A program made the position numbers and the translations under genes. From positions 7,703 to 71,702 of the forward strand of contig CAYNPN010000003.1 of assembly GCA_964399085.1 (NCBI GenBank): a stretch of DNA of 64,000 nucleotides, read 5' to 3'. The notes under the pieces are model-generated. The model worked only from the letters and a program-made list of their open reading frames with translations. It searched no databases and was not told the DNA's origin. Shown one piece after another: positions 17,946 through 27,371 of the stretch; the stretch's first letter is position 1, and every line of letters begins with the position of its first letter. Origin of the DNA: Candidatus Hadarchaeota archaeon. Lineage in GTDB: Archaea; Hadarchaeota; Hadarchaeia; Hadarchaeales; JAGGTB01.

Positions 17946-18845
17946 ATGGATAGTGAACCCTTAATGAAGATAAGGAATCTCACAAAGATGTACGGAGATG
18001 TAGTAGGCATCAAGGATTTAGACCTGGACGTATTCCAGGGAGAAATCATGGGATTTCTTGGCCCCAACGGGGCCGGTAAAACTACGACGATAAGGACATG
18101 CCTCGGCCTACTTCAGAAGACAAGCGGTTCGGTGGAAATATTCGGCTTAGATTCACACAGAGACTCAATTGAGATACGGAGAAGGACTGGATACTTGCCG
18201 GGAGACTTTGGCATGTATTCCGACTTGAAAGTAGAGACCATACTCAGATACCTATTGTCGCAAAGTGATGTGTCCGACGAGAGTAGGATGGAGGAACTGT
18301 CCGAACGATTGGAGCTTAATCTGGATAGAAAGTATGGTGATCTCTCGGGAGGAAACAAACAGAAGGTCGGCATTGTGCAGGCCTTCATGGCAGATCAAGA
18401 CCTGGTGATACTGGATGAGCCCACGTCTGGGTTGGACCCGTTGATGCAGCAGGAGTTTAACAAATTTCTGAGAGAGGAGAGGGATAAAGGCAAAACGATA
18501 TTCATGTCATCGCACATTCTGACAGAGGTAGAAGAAGTATGTGATCGGGTCGCCATAATAAGGAACGGTCGTCTACAAGTCGTCGAGGATATTGACTCGC
18601 TTAAGGATAAGATGGGTAAAAAGCTAACCGTCGAATTTGAGGAAGTTTTGGACCAAGATATATTCAATATCGAGGGTGTGGAAGACGTTCAAATGGAAGG
18701 TAAGAGGGCGACTATGATAGTGATTAGCAATCTCAATGAAGTGATTAAAAAAGTGTCAAAATACGATGTCGTCAACATGTCTCTTGAAACTTTCAGTTTG
18801 GAGGAACTATTCCTGACTTACTATTCCCGTGGAGGCAACGGGTGA
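17946..18845 (+). CDS. ABC transporter ATP-binding protein (ABC-2/DrrA-like)
   Basis: Walker A GPNGAGKTT, signature LSGGNKQKV, Walker B LVILDEPTSGLD, H-loop SSHIL. Confidence 0.9.
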   Translation: MDSEPLMKIRNLTKMYGDVVGIKDLDLDVFQGEIMGFLGPNGAGKTTTIRTCLGLLQKTSGSVEIFGLDSHRDSIEIRRRTGYLPGDFGMYSDLKVETILRYLLSQSDVSDESRMEELSERLELNLDRKYGDLSGGNKQKVGIVQAFMADQDLVILDEPTSGLDPLMQQEFNKFLREERDKGKTIFMSSHILTEVEEVCDRVAIIRNGRLQVVEDIDSLKDKMGKKLTVEFEEVLDQDIFNIEGVEDVQMEGKRATMIVISNLNEVIKKVSKYDVVNMSLETFSLEELFLTYYSRGGNG

Positions 18846-19933
18846 TGAAGTTTGGAAAAACGCTGCTGATGGAGTTCAGGGAGAATTGGAAGGGTTTCCT
18901 TCTTTTTCTCTTGATAGTTCTTTTCATGGTGGGTGGATTTATAAAGGTATTCCCTTCCTTCAGCGAAACCTTCGAGGAAAGATTGGAAGGTGCTGAAAAC
19001 ATCGAGATGGATATGGAAGAAATAGATGGATCAATTGAGGTGGATTTATCTTGGAGGAGAGTTGAAAATACGGAGAGTTACACGCTGTTGGTAGGTATGA
19101 GCAAATATATGATTGTTCCGATGGTCAGAATCGAAGGAATTGAAGAAAATTACTACAAATATTCTTTGTATTTTGAAAATGAAGAGAACCAACCCGAGAG
19201 ATATTTCGCAGTCACCGCAGTCAAGGAAGGCGTGGCGAGCGAAAGTACTCGTTCCGTATTTGTTGGCATGCGAACAACATATGAGGGAAAAAGTCCTTTT
19301 GAGGAGTTTCTGGGGGTTGACTACAGCGATATTCGAGGCTTCTTAACAGTGCTTTGGAGTTACTGGTGGTTTTTGTTAATCGGTCTATATCTAGGTTACA
19401 TCTCCGTAACCAGCATATCGAAGGATTTTGAAGAAGAAAGGATGGATATCATTTTTTCTACCACGATATCGAGGAAACAATACCTTATGGAAAAATTTTC
19501 TGCTCTTGCTATCTATTCCCTTGGACTGCTTATAACCACTGGACTCTTCATGATCGGGTCGGTATATTTGATAGGAGAGTTAAATTCAGTGGGGCCCTCA
19601 GCGATTTTCTCCTCGGCCCTGTTCTCCTGGCCAATATTCCTTGTGATTATTGCTGTTTCCTTATTGGCAGCGGTGTATTTTGAGGACTCGAGAAGGGCAG
19701 TAGGATTCAGCTTTCTTTTTATTTTAATCCAGTATGGCCTTCACACGGTGGGGGATATGGCGGGAGCTTTGGAGCAGATCCGACCTTACACAATACTTAC
19801 TTATTGGGATCACGAATCTATCCTCTTCGATGGAGTGATAAGCATGGGTGACTTTGGCCTAATCTCTCTTCTCGCGATATCGATAATCGTCATTACGGCA
19901 GTAGTATTTGAAAGGAAGGATATACCGATGTGA
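18842..19933 (+). CDS. ABC-2 type permease with a large extracytoplasmic domain after TM1
   Basis: N-terminal TM helix, a ~130 aa soluble insert (..SWRRVENTESYTLLV..ERYFAVTAV..), then 5 TM helices. Paralog of the next gene. Confidence 0.7.
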   Translation: MMKFGKTLLMEFRENWKGFLLFLLIVLFMVGGFIKVFPSFSETFEERLEGAENIEMDMEEIDGSIEVDLSWRRVENTESYTLLVGMSKYMIVPMVRIEGIEENYYKYSLYFENEENQPERYFAVTAVKEGVASESTRSVFVGMRTTYEGKSPFEEFLGVDYSDIRGFLTVLWSYWWFLLIGLYLGYISVTSISKDFEEERMDIIFSTTISRKQYLMEKFSALAIYSLGLLITTGLFMIGSVYLIGELNSVGPSAIFSSALFSWPIFLVIIAVSLLAAVYFEDSRRAVGFSFLFILIQYGLHTVGDMAGALEQIRPYTILTYWDHESILFDGVISMGDFGLISLLAISIIVITAVVFERKDIPM

Positions 19934-19944
19934 GGTAGTGGGAT

Positions 19945-21048
19945 ATGACTGGCGAAACAATGCTGATGGAATTTCGGAAGAGCTGGAAAGGCTTCTTGAT
20001 TTTTTTCTTAGTAGTTGGGGTTATCGCCGGTGGAATTGTCCAGCTATATCCTGTCGTGTTGGAGGCCTTTGAGGAAGATGTGGAAGAACTTGAGGGGGGA
20101 GAAAACGTAGATTTAGAGATTCGTAATGAGAATATATACATTTCTTGGGCGGATGTAGAAGGTGCTCAGTATTATAGAGTAATTGAGGATAGAAATCCTT
20201 ATATGGCGACTTCTTGGGAGCTAGATAACACTACTGACAATTATATTACGATTTCAGACGATGGAGAAGATTCGGAAAACAGATATTTCGCCGTCATCGC
20301 AGTCATAGGAGTTATGGAGGATCCGAAAATGATTCCTCTAGGAATGGCTTCAACTGTGGAGCCTAAAACCCCTATAGAGGAGATGATGGAAACAGCGGTT
20401 TTTCAGATGTTTACTGCGGGTAGAGCGGACGTCAGAATGGACGAAATAGAAGGCTTCCTTTCGATAGAGCTTTACAGCTGGTGGATACTTCTAGTGGGAC
20501 TTTACTTGGCGTATATATCCGTCAAAAGCATAAGCGAGGACTTTGAAGAACGCAGGATGGATCTCATCTTCTCCACACCGACTTCGAGACGACAATATCT
20601 AGTAGAAAAAATCTCCTCTTTAAGCATTTTCACATTCGTACTATTAGCATTGACAAGTCTTTTGATGGCTTTATCGGCTTACTCGATTGGAGAATTGGGA
20701 AGTATTGGATTTTATTCTCTCTTTTTATCTATAATTACGTCCTGGCCGATGTTTCTAGTTATCTTAGGGACGGCAGTATTCTTTTCCGTGCTTTTTAAGA
20801 AATCTCAGGTTGCGGTGGGAATAACATTCGTCGCGATATTGATTCAGTATTCGCTTCATCTCGCCGGAAACATGATGGAAGGACTTGAATTCCTAAAACC
20901 GTACACGATAGCCACTTATTGGGATTATAATTCAGTTCTGCTGGACGGAGTTGTCAGTGGCGGAGATTTTCTACTGTTGACGGCCGTGGCAATAGTCATA
21001 TTCGGTGGGTCGATTGCTATTTTTGACAGGACGGATATACCGGGCTGA
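19945..21048 (+). CDS. ABC-2 type permease, tandem paralog
   Basis: Colinear with 18842..19933 (MLMEFRxSWKGFLxF.., ..NRYFAVIAV.., ..EDFEERRMDLIFSTP.SRRQYL..). Confidence 0.7.
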   Translation: MTGETMLMEFRKSWKGFLIFFLVVGVIAGGIVQLYPVVLEAFEEDVEELEGGENVDLEIRNENIYISWADVEGAQYYRVIEDRNPYMATSWELDNTTDNYITISDDGEDSENRYFAVIAVIGVMEDPKMIPLGMASTVEPKTPIEEMMETAVFQMFTAGRADVRMDEIEGFLSIELYSWWILLVGLYLAYISVKSISEDFEERRMDLIFSTPTSRRQYLVEKISSLSIFTFVLLALTSLLMALSAYSIGELGSIGFYSLFLSIITSWPMFLVILGTAVFFSVLFKKSQVAVGITFVAILIQYSLHLAGNMMEGLEFLKPYTIATYWDYNSVLLDGVVSGGDFLLLTAVAIVIFGGSIAIFDRTDIPG

Positions 21049-21201
21049 CGGCCTTCAAAGAATAGATACAGTGGCGAAATAGGAGCCGTACTCGGACTAG
21101 GTCCACACATCGAAGTATATGGAGCCGGAAGATTTTTCCATCCGTCTTTAGTGTTTATTTCTTCTTTTAGGCAATGCCATGTCCTTGCCTATCTCCCCAG
21201 A

Positions 21202-21576
21202 TTAAAACTTGGTAATTCCTTTTCTTAGAGTTGATATGGATTTCTTTCTGCCAAATCGATTCTTTACCTTTGATTGATTCGGTTGCCTTATTCGACACGT
21301 CCGTGTTTTCTCCAAAAGATTCTGCCTCATAACCTCCTCAGTCAAAATCCGGTTTTCCCCACGGTTGAAAGGTTCCCCCCCGTTAACCCCCATGGGAAAC
21401 GGGCCCGTCTGCCTCAAAACTCTAAAGCATTCAAAGTTTAACTCCCCCCGAAAACTGTTCTTAATCAAATCACGTCCGTAATAGTTCACCAAGGATTTCT
21501 CAATAACGTTTTCAATCTGGTACCTAAGGTAGAAAGTGGTGCGGGCAGAGAATCTGAATTCCGGTTCGATTCGCAC
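21202..21576 (-). CDS. Hypothetical ORF that begins inside repeat copy 2; may be a gene fragment
   Basis: 124 aa. A GTG start lies directly after an in-frame stop, and the first ~15 codons are encoded by the repeat. Basic C-terminus. No recognisable domain. Confidence 0.3.
   Translation of the reverse strand: MRIEPEFRFSARTTFYLRYQIENVIEKSLVNYYGRDLIKNSFRGELNFECFRVLRQTGPFPMGVNGGEPFNRGENRILTEEVMRQNLLEKTRTCRIRQPNQSKVKNRFGRKKSISTLRKGITKF
21528..21576. repeat. Copy 2 of the ~50 nt direct repeat (see 541-590)
   Basis: ggtagaaagtggtgcgggcagagaatctgaattccggttcgattcgcac, in the same orientation as copy 1. Confidence 0.5.
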
Positions 21577-22002
21577 CTATTCCACCTTAAATGAGATCAT
21601 GTTTTCTTCAAATGGACGTCGAATCTAGCTCTAAAAAGTTCAGACTCTTGAGCTCCTTTTGACCATTTTTCCGTGAAATGAGCGATAAAAATACACGTAA
21701 ATTGAAAATAAGGCTGGAAAATTTTCGAGGCCGAGGACAGGTAAATCAAGTATGTCTTTTCATCTTCCTTAAGTAGGTTTTACTCTATATTTGTTGAAAA
21801 GAGCCCTTAATAAGGGAAAAGTTGAGGTAAAAGGTAGAAATACAGGTTAATCCAATATTAGAATACTGCAAGGTTACCGAGTTTAGATAGATTTTTTTAC
21901 ATAGATTCGGATACCTCTTATATTTTCCAATTTATCGCTAAAATTTAGAGTAGAATTAATAGCAAATCACTTTTGAATTATACTTGGGAATTTAGTAGGG
22001 TG

Positions 22003-23451
22003 ATGAAAATGGGGAAAAAATTGTCCATTCTACAGATGAATGACAGTCATGGGTATTTGGACCTGCATAATGAATACTTTTGGAAGAATGGAGAGCAGAT
22101 TTATAGGAAGGCAGGAGGTTATGGGAGGATTACAAGGTATTTCAATAAGGTAAGAGAGGAGGATTCGGGTTCGGTAATCGCTCTGGATAATGGGGATACT
22201 ATTCACGGCACTTACCCAGTGGTAAAGAGCAACGGTGAGGTGCTTATCTCTATCCTGAACAGGATGGGTTTTGATGCCTGGACTGCTCACTGGGATTTTG
22301 CATATGGACCCAAACACTTGGTGAGGTTTGCGGATGAGTTGGATTATCCCCTTTTAGCGATAAATTGTTACTATCAAGATTCGGGAGACTTAGTTTTTGA
22401 TCCGTATAGAATTGTCGAAAAAAGTGGAATTAAGGTTGGCTTGGTTGGAATTGCAAACACGATTGTGGATAAGACGATGCCCGACCATTTTAGCGAAGGG
22501 ATCTATTTGACTCTCGGAAATGAGGAACTCCCTAAATATATTGAAGAATTGAGAAAAGAAAAGAATGTGGATTTAGTAGTTGTTCTTTCACATCTGGGGT
22601 ATCCGCAGGAAGTAAAGCTGGCTAAAGAAATAGATGGAATAGACGTTCTTGTCAGCGGACATACACACGACAGGCTTTACGAACCTTCGTTAGTCGATGA
22701 TACAATCATGATACAATCAGGATGTCACGGATCTTTCGTGGGGAGACTGGATCTGAAGATTGAAGGCGAGGAGATAGTAGATTACGAACACGAACTTGTT
22801 GAGATCGATGAATCTGTAAAGCCGGATGGGGAAGTTCAGGATATCGTTTACGAAACTTTAGAACCACATGAGGAAATGCTCAACGAGGTGGTAGGTGAGA
22901 CAGAGATAGGTTTATCTAGGGATAGGGCTTTGGAGACAACCATGGATAATTTACTTCTAAAAGCGTTGATTGACGTCAGTGGAGCAGAGATGGCCTTTTC
23001 TAATGGTTGGCGTTATGGAGCTCCAGCCCCCCCTGGTAAGATTACCATGAGGGATTTATGGAATATAATACCCACAAATCCTCCAGTATCAGTTTGTGAG
23101 ATCACCGGACAAGAGCTCTGGAGAATGATGGAAGAAAACCTGGAGAACACATTTGCAAGAGATCCATATAACCAGATGGGCGGATACGTCAAAAGATGCT
23201 ATGGGATAAACGTGTATTTCAAGGTAGAGAACGCAGAAGGACTCAGAATTCAGGAGTTCTTCGTGGGAGATGAGATGATAGATAAAGGAAAAACCTACAC
23301 TGCCAGTTTCGTTACGACGCAAGGTGTACCTTCTAAATACGGGGAGAATAGGAAAGATTTAGATATCGATGCGATAGAAGCTTTGAAAATTTATATTGAG
23401 AAAAACAGCCCAGTTAAACCGGAGATAAAGGGCACAATTACACCGATTTAG
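22003..23451 (+). CDS. Bifunctional metallophosphatase / 5'-nucleotidase family protein
   Basis: LQMNDSHGYL, DNGDTIHG, VLSHLG, GHTHD metallophosphoesterase motifs, plus a 5'-nucleotidase C-terminal domain. Confidence 0.8.
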   Translation: MKMGKKLSILQMNDSHGYLDLHNEYFWKNGEQIYRKAGGYGRITRYFNKVREEDSGSVIALDNGDTIHGTYPVVKSNGEVLISILNRMGFDAWTAHWDFAYGPKHLVRFADELDYPLLAINCYYQDSGDLVFDPYRIVEKSGIKVGLVGIANTIVDKTMPDHFSEGIYLTLGNEELPKYIEELRKEKNVDLVVVLSHLGYPQEVKLAKEIDGIDVLVSGHTHDRLYEPSLVDDTIMIQSGCHGSFVGRLDLKIEGEEIVDYEHELVEIDESVKPDGEVQDIVYETLEPHEEMLNEVVGETEIGLSRDRALETTMDNLLLKALIDVSGAEMAFSNGWRYGAPAPPGKITMRDLWNIIPTNPPVSVCEITGQELWRMMEENLENTFARDPYNQMGGYVKRCYGINVYFKVENAEGLRIQEFFVGDEMIDKGKTYTASFVTTQGVPSKYGENRKDLDIDAIEALKIYIEKNSPVKPEIKGTITPI

Positions 23452-23490
23452 GATAAGATCACTATAGGCCAAAACTCAAGTGGAAGATAT

Positions 23491-24195
23491 ATGCCGATGT
23501 TTTGGTTAAAAATCGTAGTTTTGCTCTATGCTGTCTTTTTGAGCACTTTACATTTCTTCTTCGAAAGAATCTCTTCCCCCGTAGGTCGTTTACATAATAT
23601 TCTTTTGAGTTACGGAGCCGGCTCACTGCTGGCCATTATCTTCTTGATATTATTGCCTGAAGCTGTGCACTCTACACCAACTGTTGTTGTTTACCCACTG
23701 ATTTTGTTGGGATATGTCGTGTTCCTACTTTCGGAAAAGTACCTCTATCAGCACGTGAAGGAACCGGAGGTATTGGAAGAGGAACTCTATCATCTCCACG
23801 CTGCCGGATTCTTCATAGACCACTTCATCAAAGGATTTATTCTAGTTACAATAGTGGAACTCGAACCGATTTTAGGATTTCTAACCGCAATACCATTCCT
23901 CATACACACGCTATCATCTTCCATTGCCCTGAAACAGATTCACAAAATTTCGGAGAGGACGCTAGACAAGATACTGCTATCCAGCTCTCCCGTAGTCGGG
24001 ACCCTGACTGGAATCTTTATCGAAATGAGTCCGAACATGGAAAGATACATACTGGCCTTCGTTTCGGGCCTGATGTTGTTCATGGTGAGTAGAGATATTC
24101 TGCCAAAGAAGAAGGAGGGGAAGATTTTATTCTTCCTACTCGGGGTATTTGCCATCTTTATCATCTGGCTAGGTTTGGAATACCTTGTTACGTAA
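23491..24195 (+). CDS. ZIP-family (ZupT-like) metal transporter, putative
   Basis: Polytopic protein. LLPEAVH, His-rich HLHAAGFFIDHF, C-terminal FVSGLMLFMVSRDILPK resemble ZIP motifs. Confidence 0.5.
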   Translation: MPMFWLKIVVLLYAVFLSTLHFFFERISSPVGRLHNILLSYGAGSLLAIIFLILLPEAVHSTPTVVVYPLILLGYVVFLLSEKYLYQHVKEPEVLEEELYHLHAAGFFIDHFIKGFILVTIVELEPILGFLTAIPFLIHTLSSSIALKQIHKISERTLDKILLSSSPVVGTLTGIFIEMSPNMERYILAFVSGLMLFMVSRDILPKKKEGKILFFLLGVFAIFIIWLGLEYLVT

Positions 24196-24263
24196 TTCCA
24201 TCAAATCGATAAAAACCAGATATTATTACATATACTTCCTAAATTGGGATATGAGGTGATAAA

Positions 24264-24851
24264 TTGGATCTGATTCTGGACGTGAAAACGAGAGAGGAGT
24301 ACTACATGAATCATATAAAGGGGGCACTAAACATCCCGGTTTGGGATTTAGGATTTTATCTAGATTTTCTTGAAGATAAAGAAGTTAAGGTCTATTGTGG
24401 CCCTAGAGGGAAGAGATCCGAGATGGCGGTCGATTTCCTCCAGGAAAATGGAGTAGAAGCCACGGAAATTCCACCTTCCGAATTGGATGAGTACGAGATG
24501 GTTGGAAAACCCATGATAGTCGCCATAAATTATCTTTCCGTCAAGCCCGGACATGAGGAGGAATTCGAGGAAAAGGTCGAAGACCTGTGCACGAAAACGA
24601 TGGATAAAGAAGGCTTTATAGGTACAAAAGTTTTCAGAGCGACGGATATTTCCTACGGTGGAGCAATGCTTCAAGGAGAATACGAAGAGATAGAAATAAA
24701 ACCTACAAAATACGTGATGCTAACATATTGGAGCGACAGAGAATCTCATGAAAAATTCCACGACTTACCCGAAATCATGGAAGGTTTTCAAGAGATGATG
24801 GAACATATTTCCATTACTCCTTACGAAGAATTCGCCGAAATTATTCATTAA
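24264..24851 (+). CDS. Rhodanese domain fused to an ABM (antibiotic biosynthesis monooxygenase-like) domain
   Basis: Rhodanese: REEYYMNHIKGALNIP..VYCGPRGKRS (active-site Cys loop). C-terminal half: AINYLSVKPGHEEEFEEKV..MLTYWSDRESHEKF. Confidence 0.7.
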   Translation: MDLILDVKTREEYYMNHIKGALNIPVWDLGFYLDFLEDKEVKVYCGPRGKRSEMAVDFLQENGVEATEIPPSELDEYEMVGKPMIVAINYLSVKPGHEEEFEEKVEDLCTKTMDKEGFIGTKVFRATDISYGGAMLQGEYEEIEIKPTKYVMLTYWSDRESHEKFHDLPEIMEGFQEMMEHISITPYEEFAEIIH

Positions 24852-25318
24852 AAAAACTTGAAGAACGAGAAGAATAGCAAGAATGCTATCAATATAGGTA
24901 CGATGACTTTCCAGGGACTCACATCTAGAATTTCAGGGATTGTGATCGGCCCGTAATCCTCTTTCATAAGGGAATTTTTCACAGAAGGATAGACTACTGA
25001 AAAAATCTCGGCGCCGATCAATATACCTATCCCACCGAAAAACGCATGTACAGAACCAGTCCCTATGGCACCGGCTGCAGTGCCAGGACAGTAACCCAGA
25101 AGGGCGAAACCAACGCCAAAAATCAGCCCTCCAACGACTATTCCTTTCAGATAAAACGGTTTGGGACTTAGTTGAATCATGTCGAACCTTTTAATTAGAT
25201 AGATACCGACCATGCCTGTCACAACTGCCGTGAGCATTATCTTGACAACCGTGAAGTCCCTGAGAAGCAGTTGGTTCAAGATCACGTTGTAGTTGGTCGC
25301 TCCCCCTTTCTGGAGCAA
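24848..25318 (-). CDS. YeeE/YedE-family sulfur-compound transporter half (N-terminus may extend to ~25390)
   Basis: GYCPGTAAGA motif and a polytopic profile. The frame is open upstream (..RGRKKAQLLIGFLLGVIFGF..) but has no canonical start codon. Confidence 0.7.
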   Translation of the reverse strand: MLQKGGATNYNVILNQLLLRDFTVVKIMLTAVVTGMVGIYLIKRFDMIQLSPKPFYLKGIVVGGLIFGVGFALLGYCPGTAAGAIGTGSVHAFFGGIGILIGAEIFSVVYPSVKNSLMKEDYGPITIPEILDVSPWKVIVPILIAFLLFFSFFKFF

Positions 25319-25394
25319 AAATCCAAAAATTACACCGAGAAGAAACCCGATTAAAAGCTGTGCTTTTTTACGACCGCGGAGGTTACTAAACAGC

Positions 25395-25919
25395 TTATAT
25401 CCCTCCTATAAAATCGAATAAAAACATAGCAGTTGCTATCCCTCCGACAAAGAAGAGAGCGAATGCCAGCCAGCTGCTTACTGCTAACTGTGAAGAGCCG
25501 CTAATCCCATGTCCACTTGTACAACCTCCTGCCAAACGGGCGCCAAAACCTATCAAGATACCCCCGAACAAGGCAACGATCAGCCTCAGAATTGCCGATC
25601 CCCCAAAAGCGTTGAACCAAATAATTGGAACAACTTCCACCTCAAACTGTCCGGACAAAATAGCTGATGAGAAAGAACCGATAACTATACCAAGGACAAG
25701 CATCCACTCCCAGTCTATCTTGGGGACAAACTTCCGGAAGTATTCCCTATTTTTAACACTCTTACCTCTGATAAAACTCTCTAGAATTCCACCAGTTCTC
25801 GCATAGGCCGTAGAGCACCCGATAGCTCTGTTAGAAAGTAGGAAGCCTAACCAGACTAAGACCCCAATTCCTATCCCAACCAGCCAAGGCGACCATCTAG
25901 CTAGAAAAACCCAGTTCAT
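25395..25919 (-). CDS. YeeE/YedE-family sulfur-compound transporter half
   Basis: LAGGCTSGHGISG motif and a polytopic profile. Start taken at MNWVF. Confidence 0.75.
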   Translation of the reverse strand: MNWVFLARWSPWLVGIGIGVLVWLGFLLSNRAIGCSTAYARTGGILESFIRGKSVKNREYFRKFVPKIDWEWMLVLGIVIGSFSSAILSGQFEVEVVPIIWFNAFGGSAILRLIVALFGGILIGFGARLAGGCTSGHGISGSSQLAVSSWLAFALFFVGGIATAMFLFDFIGGI

Positions 25920-26078
25920 CACGCTATTTCTTTTAGAAGTTATTCGTATAAGTAAATTGAATTTAGAGAACATTTTACAAAAATAATACCCTGTACGAAG
26001 AATATTTTTATTTCTTCGAACATTAGGAAAAATGAAATACGTGATTTTGCAGGACCTACCGTTTTCGTTAGCTCTTGC

Positions 26079-26400
26079 TTGGAGTTTGAGAAAGTGAGGT
26101 ACGACGGTCAGGTTGTCCCCTGCGAGATTGTTAAAGAGCTAAAGAAATATGTAAAATTCATAAAGGTTTGTCCTGAGTATGAAATCGGTCTTGGCGTGCC
26201 CAGAGAACCGATACGGATAGTGAGGGAGGGGGATGAGGATAAATTGGTTCAGCCGAAGTCCGGACGTGACGGAAGATATGGATAAATTTACGTAAGAATT
26301 TTTGAATGACTTACCCGAAGTTGATGGTTTCATATTTAAATCCGAGTCCTCGACGGTAGGTCTTAAGCGGATAAAAATTCACCCACAAATTTTCGCCTTA
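26079..26400 (+). pseudogene. Frameshifted/truncated DUF523 (YbbK/YbgA-like) gene
   Basis: VRYDGQVVPCE..FIKVCPEYEIGLGVPREPIRIV is the DUF523 core. After 26285 the homology continues in another frame (..FLNDLPEVDGFIFKSESSTVGLKRIKI..). Confidence 0.5.
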
Positions 26401-26479
26401 GTTTCCGAACCCCTACTCCGAGATTTGCTTCCCCCTAAATTTTTAAATAGCTGAATTGAAATAGTTCTGGAGGTTGAAT

Positions 26480-27055
26480 ATGCCTTACTGTCCCGAGTGT
26501 GGAGAAGAGGTTGAGAAAGGGGAAAAGTTCTGCCCCAATTGTGGTGCAGAGCAATCAGCTGCTGCTGGTGGAGAAGGAACGCAAAAGGTGAGCACGCGCA
26601 ACATGAGTGATCTTCTACGTCCGGGAGTTTTGGTCGGTATTGCAGGTGTGTTGATTTTAATCGCAAGTTTCGCCCCTCTAATCGATAGCTATACGGTGGA
26701 ATACAACGATAGCACACATACTGAAGAATTTCACGTCTCGGAAGGATGGCGGATCACTCTAGGTTTATCAATAATCGGAGGTTTAGTCATGATAGGAACA
26801 GCGCTAGGCGAGTTAGGTTATATAAGTATGCCCTCCGGAATGAAATTAATATCCACCATATTCGCGCTGTGGTTGTTGATATTTTCTATCTGTCTTATCT
26901 TAGGAAAACCCGACTTAATAGCACAGGCTCAGCATACGAGTCCCGATAATACCTATATTGTTAATTGGGGATGGGGGATTTACCTCCTTATAATTGCCCC
27001 TCTTCTGGCTCTAGGTGACGCATTCCAGTCTAGCAAGTATGGACTTCCAAGTTAG
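26480..27055 (+). CDS. Zinc-ribbon membrane protein
   Basis: MPYCPECGEEVEKGEKFCPNCG, then 4-5 TM helices. Paralogous N-terminus to 28404..29036. Confidence 0.65.
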   Translation: MPYCPECGEEVEKGEKFCPNCGAEQSAAAGGEGTQKVSTRNMSDLLRPGVLVGIAGVLILIASFAPLIDSYTVEYNDSTHTEEFHVSEGWRITLGLSIIGGLVMIGTALGELGYISMPSGMKLISTIFALWLLIFSICLILGKPDLIAQAQHTSPDNTYIVNWGWGIYLLIIAPLLALGDAFQSSKYGLPS

Positions 27056-27255
27056 CAAGTCAAAATACAAGCAGCTGGTAGTTGGGCTAACGACGTAAAA
27101 ACCTGTTATAGTTTGCCAATCATACATGCTTCGGTTCAATAGGATGGAGTTCTTTCCACCTAGAAAACGCCACAAGGGGTGAGAAAACTGTGCAGGTTTG
27201 GTCATAATTTTCATCCTCTCCCCGTTTGAGAATCAGCATTCTTACTTTAACTGTA

Positions 27256-27273
27256 CCCTATTTCGAGAAATTT
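27256..27273 (+). repeat. Conserved intergenic motif, copy 1 (weaker)
   Basis: ccctatttcgagaaattt. See 28334-28360 and 29118-29144. Confidence 0.3.
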
Positions 27274-27371
27274 ATTTGAACTGATTTAAGTGCTTGAACT
27301 CTTATAACCAGATTTTTTTAAAGCCTATTGTTTATTTTTTATGAAAAGTCTCGAAGGGGGTTGAAAATTCT

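Noticed and set aside
21202-21576. Possibility that this ORF is the att-proximal half of an SSV-type integrase split by integration.
   Set aside because: It is only 124 aa with no recognisable recombinase catalytic residues. An in-frame stop lies immediately upstream, and there is no matching partner fragment at the other repeat. Kept as hypothetical.
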